Source: Spirochaetales bacterium
Lineage (GTDB): Bacteria > Spirochaetota > Spirochaetia > UBA9216
Direction of reading: 5' to 3'
Length of the DNA: 64,000 bases
Assembly (NCBI GenBank): GCA_016839055.1
Contig: JAEKNX010000001.1
Coordinates: forward strand, 303,693-367,692
The translations under genes were made by a program, and so were the position numbers. The notes under the pieces were generated by a model, which was given only the letters and a program-made list of their open reading frames with translations, was not told the DNA's origin and searched no databases. Below are positions 56,944-64,000 of this stretch, piece by piece; within the stretch, counting starts at the first letter, position 1, and every line of letters starts with the position of its first letter.

Positions 56944-58161
56944 ATGAAAAACAAACTAGCGGAAATATATGACAGCAGCAGGATAAAAAGTTTTCTTTTT
57001 TCCATGATGCTCTTTGGAATAGTGATAGGACTTTATAACGGAGTTTTTAATAACTATCTTCATGAAATACTCGGACTAACGAAGGCGGAGCGGGGCTGGC
57101 TTGAACTGCCCAGGGAACTTCCGGGACTTCTCATCTTCGCAATCCTTGCTCTTCTTACGAAATTTACCGAAATAAGGCTTATTAAACTTGCGTTTCTCAT
57201 AACTTCTATAGGACTTGCCGGACTCTTTTTTTTCGGAGAGTCAAAGGCGATAGCCATTATTCTTCTTGCAGTGTACAGCACAGGAGAACATATGATGATG
57301 CCTGTCAGGCAGTCTGTTGGCCTTCATATGGCAAAAAGCGGGAAAGAGGGTGCCGCTATGGGGCTTCTCCGCAGTTTCGGCAATGCCGGGCAGGCAATCG
57401 GCTTTTATGTAGGTCCGCTTTTGCTTTTATTAGCAGCCTCTGCCGGCGGCAATTCTTTTTTCAGGTACAGGATAGTCTTTCTCGCCGCCTTTATAATTCT
57501 TGTGACAGCACTCATTGTTTCCTCCTTTTTGAAAAAAGGCAGTGAAAAAGTAAACCGGAAAAAAATTCATATTGATAAAAAATATACACGCTACTACCTT
57601 CTCGAAGTATTTTTCGGAGCCCGCAAGCAAGTCTTTTTAACATTTGCTCCTTACGTACTTATTACCGTCTATGACGCTGGTCCGGGACTTATTTCGATGC
57701 TGTACGGGTTGTGGTCTGTGATTAATATTTTTATCGGCCCGGCTGTAGGCAGGATGATTGACCGCTTCGGTTATAAGAGGGTTCTAATTTTCGACGCGGT
57801 TGTGCTTATATTAATATGTCTTGTCTACGGATTTGCTCATCGGATATTTGCATTCGAAACGGCGTTCATTCTCATCTGCGTAGTTTTTGTGCTTGATGCG
57901 GTAATGTTTGCATTCGGAATGGCCAGGGACATGTATGCAAGAAGCCTTGCTGTTACGAAGGATGAGCTGACATCAACCCTTGCAACAGGACTGTCGGTTA
58001 ATCATCTTGTAAGCATAGTTATTGCAATCTTTGGAGGCTTGCTGTGGGAGAGAATGGGAATGGAGTACCTGTTTACTTTTGCCGCTGTCCTAGGGATGGG
58101 CTCATTGATATTTTCGGCAAAACTACAGAAGCCAGAAAAGACCCTTGAGATGTTACAGTAG
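56944..58161 (+). CDS. Major facilitator superfamily transporter
   Basis: 405 aa, about 12 predicted TM helices. MFS-like loop motifs (GRMIDRFGYKR). Confidence 0.75.
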   Translation: MKNKLAEIYDSSRIKSFLFSMMLFGIVIGLYNGVFNNYLHEILGLTKAERGWLELPRELPGLLIFAILALLTKFTEIRLIKLAFLITSIGLAGLFFFGESKAIAIILLAVYSTGEHMMMPVRQSVGLHMAKSGKEGAAMGLLRSFGNAGQAIGFYVGPLLLLLAASAGGNSFFRYRIVFLAAFIILVTALIVSSFLKKGSEKVNRKKIHIDKKYTRYYLLEVFFGARKQVFLTFAPYVLITVYDAGPGLISMLYGLWSVINIFIGPAVGRMIDRFGYKRVLIFDAVVLILICLVYGFAHRIFAFETAFILICVVFVLDAVMFAFGMARDMYARSLAVTKDELTSTLATGLSVNHLVSIVIAIFGGLLWERMGMEYLFTFAAVLGMGSLIFSAKLQKPEKTLEMLQ

Positions 58162-58977
58162 CAGCCTTTGCGCGTATTCAGGCTGCTCAAGAGTAAGACG
58201 AATAACAGAGAGTTCATCTCCATCGTGTGAACCGTTTATACAGACCGTAGATCCGATTTTCTCAAGCCAGGAGCCTGTCATTCTTGCTGATTCATGGATG
58301 TGTCCATGTAAGGTGAGAAGCGGCTGGCGCTCTTCAATAAAACGTTTTATTGCGATACTGCCGAGGTGTTCATCAAGCAGGACATGATCAATTTTTTGCC
58401 CCTTGAGATCGCCTTTGTCCAGCAGGGTCTTATAGGGCGGGGAATGAAAGAGAAAAATAGAACTGCCTGGAGCCATTTCCAGTGCAAGTGAGTCAAGATC
58501 GTCCTTGATCGTCGTCCATTTACGATCGTTCTCGGATGTCGGGAATGATCTTCTTCCTTCCTCAGGGCTTATACAGCCTAAGTCGGTAAATCTTGAAACA
58601 TCATATCGTTCCCAATCTTTTAAGTAAAAGGGAGTTGGCGGAACAAAGCTGTATCCGAATAAATCATATTTATTCCAATTTAATTTTCTTTGATGAAGAT
58701 ATACCCATAGATTATTCCCTGCACTTATTAAAGATGATTCAAAATATCTCGGATCATCATTTCCCATTATCATAACAACTTTTGGATAGTCATCACCAAG
58801 ATCCTTATGAAGGGACAAGAAATTTGCCATTAAATAATTATGAATAAAATCAGTATCGCCATGATGAAGGCTATCGGAGCCGGGCATGAAGGGCGGAAGG
58901 AGATCTCCTCCGATAAACAGTATTTCGGGCGGCCTCTCACGCAGGTATTTAAATAACGAAAGATACCGCGGCATTTT
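58153..58977 (-). CDS. Calcineurin-like metallophosphoesterase
   Basis: Motifs D-x-H (VTDLHG), GDL (FIGGDLLPPF), GNDD (IMGNDDP), H (LFHSPP) and GH-x-H (LHGHIHESA). The start is taken at the internal Met (GKMPRY) so it does not overlap the upstream gene. Last gene of the three-gene operon with the PPDK_N-like proteins. Confidence 0.75.
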   Translation of the reverse strand, partial: KMPRYLSLFKYLRERPPEILFIGGDLLPPFMPGSDSLHHGDTDFIHNYLMANFLSLHKDLGDDYPKVVMIMGNDDPRYFESSLISAGNNLWVYLHQRKLNWNKYDLFGYSFVPPTPFYLKDWERYDVSRFTDLGCISPEEGRRSFPTSENDRKWTTIKDDLDSLALEMAPGSSIFLFHSPPYKTLLDKGDLKGQKIDHVLLDEHLGSIAIKRFIEERQPLLTLHGHIHESARMTGSWLEKIGSTVCINGSHDGDELSVIRLTLEQPEYAQRLLL

Positions 58978-59005
58978 TCCGTGGAGATCAGTAACAAATA
59001 CTGCC

Positions 59006-62000
59006 TCAGTCACTTTTGTGCCTGAGGGGTAATTCTCTTGCTGAGTCGGTAACAGCATCTATCTTTACAGCAAAACTTGTTCTTTTTTCTATGTCCGAAT
59101 CGGTAATAAGATGTACATCAAGAAGATTATCTGTTTTGTACCCGGTTCTAAGATAATTAATCCGTCCCAGGCAAAGGCTCCAGCCGTCAAGCCATAATAA
59201 AAGTGACTTTTTCTTCTCACAGGAGTCGTCAACATGAATTAGAAGATCAATATCGCTCATAGGACCGGCGTTTGCATTTTTCGTGCTTCCAAAAAGATAA
59301 AAAGCCTTCACTCCAAATTTCTCAACATCAATCGAATCTGCTATTTTCTCAGCCATGGCAAAACGCCAGCTCCAGTAATCTTCCTGTTTATCGGTATGAT
59401 GAGAATATATATCAACGGATGCAGAACTCTCCTGTGATGAAGGCGTAGCAAAATAAGCCAGAGCTTCATTAATATCTTCATTCATAAGAATCCTGAGGAT
59501 TTTTCCTTCTCTTTCTTTCATTACATCGGCTACATAGATTACATCTGATAAATCAGAATATTCAGGGATTAATTCTGACAAAATATTTCCTGAACCGGAA
59601 AGAAAGGTTTTGTTAAAAATGATATCGCTGTCATCCGGGTACAATGGGAGATATTTTATTGAAGATTCAACTAGGTCCTGAAAAAAATGTGTTCCAAATG
59701 AGAGTTCAGGAAGATAATCACCCTTTTTCTGTGCAATTTCAATAAGCATTGCCGTATTGTTAATGTCGGAATAGTTTACCTTGACACCGAGCTTAATATC
59801 CCCCCGGCTTCCCCATCTTCCAGGTCCCATTAAAATGAATCTGCGCTTGGGCAGAAGAGAGTTGATTCGGCTGATTGCCCTTCCTACTCTTTCGAGTTTT
59901 TCAAGAGTATTTAGCGAACTATATGCATCTGGATTAACATAGACAATATTAGTGATGTTATCTATGATTCCGTTGCTTACATGTTTTTTAGCATTGAAAA
60001 GTATACTATTTTCAGAAATATCTTTTGGAATGGGCTGAGGAATGCTGTCTAAAGAACCGGCCTGAGGTCTGCATTGAAGGAGGTAGATCTCTCCCCTGCA
60101 GTATGCAAATTCAATATCTACTTCAGTATGCATTTTGTCTTTGAGTTCATGAAGCATCTGTTTAATCCTGAAAATGAAATCCGTATTTTGAATCAGTGGT
60201 TCAAGTGAAAAAATTAGATCATCATTTTCGAAATCAAGTTGATAGATGTTTTTTGTAAACAGACAATTGTCGGAGAATACAGAAATAAGATTCACTATAT
60301 CAGGATATTGTGAACCATAGGTTCTCAAGATGTTTATCAGGTCGACAGATTCAAATGTATTTGTTTCAAGATTAATAACATCCATCATTTTAGGAGAGTA
60401 TCTAGCTGCTTCTAGAGGATCCGGATTTACCTTGATATCAGGGTTTCCTGGACACAATAAAACAGGATAGTCGTTACTGAGTCTGTCGACAGCCCGCGTG
60501 CCTAGTCCTGGTACTATTCGCAGAAGTCCGTCTTCTTTGTTGATTCTAGGTGACCAGCGATATTCATTTTGACTGAAGCCTACACCCGCGAACGAAGGAA
60601 AGAAATACTTGCCGACCTTTTCTCCTACAACTTCCTGAATAATTATTGCCATCTCCTCATGGAACTCCAGAAGACCATGCTCTTTACGGTACTCAATGGG
60701 GTCTGGTCCTATTGTCGACGCATAGACTTCCGCTACTGCATCCAGGACGGCTTTAAGCCGTTCTTCTTTCGTCCCTTGATTAGCGAGAAACAAACTTTTG
60801 TATTTGCCAGAGAATGCAGTACCGTACCTGTCTTCCAGAAGACTGGAACTTCTAATGATGATTGGCTTGTCCCCCAAATTATCTACAACCATCGACAGTC
60901 CATTGAGTAAATCAATAGGAAAGTTTGAGTTTTTAAAGACCTGAATAAAATTGGGATAATCCGCGCGTACTTCTTCAATGTCCTTGAACTTCTGTTCAAG
61001 CGCCTCTTCAAGATTATTGTAATAAATAAACTTAAGCATGAAATCGGATGAAATATACCATGTCGACGGTGTCATAACCTCTATTCCTGCATTTTTAAGA
61101 AACTGCTCCGCAATGAAGAGCCCGGCGCTTTTCCCGCCTAATTTCCCATGGCTGTTATTGGGATAAACCGAATGCTGTAAGATTGAATAAAAGTCGTCAA
61201 TATCAAGATAATCACGAGAAAATTTTATAAATTCTATCTGATCTGTAAAAAGCCTCTGTATGAAGAGCGAATTTATATTACATCTGGAATAAGAAGATAT
61301 TTCAAAATGGGAATTATTCAGATGATGATACTTTGATACAGCAGCAGAAATTTCTGACAGGGGAGTATCGGTATTTTCAAGAACCTGAACAAGAAATCCT
61401 ATTTTGTCTTCTTTGATCCATTTATTAAGATAGGCCAAAAGTTCGTCATCGCCAAGATTTCGGGAAGCAATTTTAAAGATATGCTGATAGAATTTATCAT
61501 GAATTGAAAAATCTATTTTAAGACTAGGAATATTTACATCTTGAGGAATCATAATATTATCACAACTTTTTTTCATTCCAAGACAACCCAGAATACTCTG
61601 GGCTTCTGCAATACCGAGAAAACATAGACGATTAAGCATCCTTCTGCAGATTCTGTTGAAAAGATTGCTGTCCATTTTTTCAACAAGCTCAAGGATAACC
61701 ATCCAGTCCGCTTTAACATTGCTGTTTATATCCTTGCGGGCTTGTTCCCACTGATCTAAGGAAATCTGAATATCACGCTGGAAGAGGTAATTTTCAATAC
61801 GTTCGGCTATTGAATTTAGAAGCTGTTGTTCTTCAGCAAGAAAAGGGGTGTGAAGGTGGTTATCCCTGTCAATGAAAAAAACTTCAAGACTGCCTACCAA
61901 TTCACCTTTAAGTTTCAATTCAGCTTTTTGAACCCATTTTGATTCAGTAAAATTATCAGATGCAAAAACATCATTTTGATATATTATTCTCACACAGCAG

Positions 62001-62176
62001 TTTTCCGGATACTGCCAGCCCATTGGTATTATTTCAATAAGTTTGGGTAAAACTTCCTTTATTTTCTGTTGGTCCTTATTTACAATTTCCTTGACTTTGT
62101 ATAAACATTGCAGCTCTTTAGCTCTTTCGTTGAGACTCTGCAGAAGATCCTGATTATCATTTCCTTGCTTTTTCAT
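59006..62176 (-). CDS. Large multidomain protein: unknown N-terminal region, PEP-synthase/PPDK N-terminal-like ATP-grasp nucleotide-binding domain, degenerate swivel-like block, and C-terminal Pol-beta-type nucleotidyltransferase domain
   Basis: 1056 aa. PPDK_N-like motifs GKLGGKSAGLFIAEQF, IIRSSSLLEDRYGTAFSGKYKS, PSFAGVGFSQNEY, EVDIEFAYCRGEIYLLQCRPQ. Then ILMGPGRWGS...FGTHFF, shared with the upstream paralogue and lacking the phospho-His. The C-terminal LFGSTKNANAGPMSDIDLLIHVDD is a GS-x10-DxD minimal NTase motif. Confidence 0.7.
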   Translation of the reverse strand: MKKQGNDNQDLLQSLNERAKELQCLYKVKEIVNKDQQKIKEVLPKLIEIIPMGWQYPENCCVRIIYQNDVFASDNFTESKWVQKAELKLKGELVGSLEVFFIDRDNHLHTPFLAEEQQLLNSIAERIENYLFQRDIQISLDQWEQARKDINSNVKADWMVILELVEKMDSNLFNRICRRMLNRLCFLGIAEAQSILGCLGMKKSCDNIMIPQDVNIPSLKIDFSIHDKFYQHIFKIASRNLGDDELLAYLNKWIKEDKIGFLVQVLENTDTPLSEISAAVSKYHHLNNSHFEISSYSRCNINSLFIQRLFTDQIEFIKFSRDYLDIDDFYSILQHSVYPNNSHGKLGGKSAGLFIAEQFLKNAGIEVMTPSTWYISSDFMLKFIYYNNLEEALEQKFKDIEEVRADYPNFIQVFKNSNFPIDLLNGLSMVVDNLGDKPIIIRSSSLLEDRYGTAFSGKYKSLFLANQGTKEERLKAVLDAVAEVYASTIGPDPIEYRKEHGLLEFHEEMAIIIQEVVGEKVGKYFFPSFAGVGFSQNEYRWSPRINKEDGLLRIVPGLGTRAVDRLSNDYPVLLCPGNPDIKVNPDPLEAARYSPKMMDVINLETNTFESVDLINILRTYGSQYPDIVNLISVFSDNCLFTKNIYQLDFENDDLIFSLEPLIQNTDFIFRIKQMLHELKDKMHTEVDIEFAYCRGEIYLLQCRPQAGSLDSIPQPIPKDISENSILFNAKKHVSNGIIDNITNIVYVNPDAYSSLNTLEKLERVGRAISRINSLLPKRRFILMGPGRWGSRGDIKLGVKVNYSDINNTAMLIEIAQKKGDYLPELSFGTHFFQDLVESSIKYLPLYPDDSDIIFNKTFLSGSGNILSELIPEYSDLSDVIYVADVMKEREGKILRILMNEDINEALAYFATPSSQESSASVDIYSHHTDKQEDYWSWRFAMAEKIADSIDVEKFGVKAFYLFGSTKNANAGPMSDIDLLIHVDDSCEKKKSLLLWLDGWSLCLGRINYLRTGYKTDNLLDVHLITDSDIEKRTSFAVKIDAVTDSARELPLRHKSD

Positions 62177-63879
62177 AGGACAATTATTCCTTTATGTTTC
62201 CTTCCATCTACTAATATTTTAATACTTTTGGGGGATCTTATGTGATTAAAAAACCGGCCGGAATGTATTACTTCCTGTTTTGAAATCCAGTCATAGTTCA
62301 GAAATCCCTTATCATTTGGATTCTGCTCATCTATGGATAAATATGGGAGTCCCGTATTGAGTATATTATGAAAAAAATGTGACCCCTGACTGAGTGCAGG
62401 ATTCATGTCCTCTTTTGTTGATTCAATAATGACACCGGCAGCTGAAATTTGGCTCCAGTTTACAGGAATCCCAAGTGCGGGGTCGGAGCTGCCCCAGCGT
62501 CCAAAGCCCGCTAAAATGTATTTACGTCCATTTTCAATAAAACATCTGTTTATTTTTTCAAGCTCAAGCGGAAATTCCGCGGTTCTCATGGGATCGAATT
62601 TCGAAGGCTCTATATATACAATATCATTTATATCTTCTATTACAGCATTGCCTAAGGCATTTTCTGAATAAACAATAATATCTTCTCTATCGAGATTGAA
62701 TATGGAAGAATCAAGGTTTACGAAGGAGGATTTCATCGGTCTAATCTGAAGAAATGCAAAATTTGCTTTTATATCGTTTGCTTGGTCAATATTAACCGCA
62801 AATTCAATTTCAATGTCGGAGCCGGATTTTTTTTTGAATTGATCAAGGATCTCTATAATCAATTCATTGAATTCAATAATTCGGCCTTTTAGCACCGGTG
62901 AAAAATCTATAAGCCTGAATCCGCTGGGTCGCAGTCCCATTTCAAGCCGGTCTGAAGAAATAGAGTATGTAGAACATAAATTACATAAACTATTGTCTCG
63001 CTCAAGTATTTTCAGGGGGAGCTTGACCATGTATTCCGTCTCAGAGAAAGGATTCTTTTTTTCCGGGGGATATAGATCTATGGCCCAGAATTCAGTCTGA
63101 CCGGCATCAAGAAGGTTTTTCATAGATGCCGGAGGAGGCACTTCCGGTTCGGCCGGATTGTAAAACCATTTTTTCCCACCGTCGACAATCGATTTACCAA
63201 GACCTGCTGCAAGTTCCACAACACCGTCCTCGGCTTTTCCATTACTGAAAGGGTAATAGTTAAACGATCTGCCGACGCCTGCGAAATCCGGATAAAAATA
63301 GTTATTTCTTTTCATGCCATGAACAGATTGGATAATTACTGCCATTTTTTCAATATTGATATCTATCCCCGCCGCATTGAAGCAATCAACAGAAGACTTA
63401 AACCATGTAGAGGCATATACGAATTTCACGGCATTAATTAAGTCTAAGAATCTGACATTCGGATCAGGGTTATTATTAGGAATCATTTTAGTCGCGAAAA
63501 CACCGGCGAAAGGTTTATTAAGAGAATCTTCAGTAAGACTGGAAGAGCGAATAGCTATGGGCCCCTTAAGGGAATTCGATAAAAGGCGAATTGCGCCAAT
63601 CAAGGTAACCGGAAACGAAGATTTCTGAAAAATGAGTGATAGCTGACTATCGGATTTATCCAGAAAAAGTTCCGGGCTTAGCTTGTTTTCTTTTATAAAT
63701 AGATCAAAAACATCAGAAAGCAGTATTGTCATAGGCGGAACACCTATTCTGATTCCTTTATAGATATATTCAGGAAAAATATCTTGAAGACAGGAGTTTA
63801 TTCTGATTAATCCGGAGCCTTTGCCTCCAGGAGAGCCGCTTCCTATAAATGATATTGGAGAAAAGTAATGGTTTTCCAA
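62173..63879 (-). CDS. PEP-synthase/PPDK N-terminal-like ATP-grasp protein (paralogue of the downstream gene, no NTase domain)
   Basis: 568 aa. SGSPGGKGSGLIRIN, IAIRSSSLTEDSLNKPFAGVFATK, PDFAGVGRSFNYY, DIEIEFAVN...FAFLQIRP are PPDK_N-like. The C-terminal ILAGFGRWGSSDPALGIPVNW...QGSHFF block matches the paralogue. TTG start with an AGGAG RBS. Its stop overlaps the start of the 1056-aa gene. Confidence 0.7.
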   Translation of the reverse strand: MENHYFSPISFIGSGSPGGKGSGLIRINSCLQDIFPEYIYKGIRIGVPPMTILLSDVFDLFIKENKLSPELFLDKSDSQLSLIFQKSSFPVTLIGAIRLLSNSLKGPIAIRSSSLTEDSLNKPFAGVFATKMIPNNNPDPNVRFLDLINAVKFVYASTWFKSSVDCFNAAGIDINIEKMAVIIQSVHGMKRNNYFYPDFAGVGRSFNYYPFSNGKAEDGVVELAAGLGKSIVDGGKKWFYNPAEPEVPPPASMKNLLDAGQTEFWAIDLYPPEKKNPFSETEYMVKLPLKILERDNSLCNLCSTYSISSDRLEMGLRPSGFRLIDFSPVLKGRIIEFNELIIEILDQFKKKSGSDIEIEFAVNIDQANDIKANFAFLQIRPMKSSFVNLDSSIFNLDREDIIVYSENALGNAVIEDINDIVYIEPSKFDPMRTAEFPLELEKINRCFIENGRKYILAGFGRWGSSDPALGIPVNWSQISAAGVIIESTKEDMNPALSQGSHFFHNILNTGLPYLSIDEQNPNDKGFLNYDWISKQEVIHSGRFFNHIRSPKSIKILVDGRKHKGIIVL

Positions 63880-64000
63880 TGTTCGCTCCTGAAAATGCCG
63901 GATTTATAACAATCCGGCTATATTTTAATTATACCCAACCCCGCTGCTTGCAAGCTTCCGCCACACGGGTTATTGAAATAATATAGGCGGAATCCCGCAT

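Noticed and set aside
63906-63927. 8-bp hairpin (GCCGGATT...AATCCGGC) at the window edge, upstream of the 568-aa gene.
   Set aside because: Too close to the window end to tell whether it is the terminator of an unseen upstream gene or a regulatory stem. Not interpretable from this window alone.

Overview
This 64-kb window comes from an anaerobic, fermentative bacterium. The gene content (fermentation enzymes, [FeFe] hydrogenase, chemotaxis and c-di-GMP signalling, an ODP-like/MCP pair) is compatible with a spirochete-like lineage; that is inference only. Coding density is high and there are no rRNA genes, CRISPR arrays or recognisable transposases. The main blocks in order are listed below.
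- 152-7892: an Fe-only alcohol dehydrogenase, a rubrerythrin-like protein, and an operon for a YdhV-like tungsten/molybdenum aldehyde:ferredoxin oxidoreductase (AOR family) with a Tat-signal poly-ferredoxin partner, an FdhD-like accessory protein and its own tatC/tatB/tatA genes.
- 7980-10181: an unusual type II NADH dehydrogenase (NDH-2) fused to a DoxX membrane domain through a SAASGA-repeat linker.
- 10250-15475: polyprenyl synthase, remnants of an amino-acid ABC transporter, and lipA-lipB.
- 15563-26348: a complete glycogen cluster (glgC, a eukaryote-type branching enzyme, a GDE-type glucosidase, glgP, a GH13 enzyme and glgA).
- 28108-30315: a Ptb-Buk fusion.
- 30320-31950: a soluble MCP paired with an ODP-like MBL-fold protein.
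- 32074-36578: a glutamate-synthase-linked [FeFe] hydrogenase cluster.
- 38877-46990: a signalling block with two histidine-kinase-type proteins (the second has Met in place of the phospho-accepting His), a response regulator, a dCache MCP, a cheW interrupted by an in-frame TAG, and a PAS-GGDEF(degenerate)-EAL protein.
- 47461-51833: the gcvT-H-PA-PB operon.
- 52437-63879: after a tRNA-Asn, an accessory-looking region encoding secreted ankyrin-repeat and Pmp-like beta-helix proteins, a SAM-dependent methyltransferase, an MFS transporter and a three-gene minus-strand operon.
The most novel-looking feature is that last operon: two tandem paralogous PEP-synthase-N-terminal-like (PPDK_N ATP-grasp) proteins that lack the phospho-histidine motif, one fused to a C-terminal Pol-beta-type nucleotidyltransferase, followed by a metallophosphoesterase. 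I cannot place it in any characterised system.
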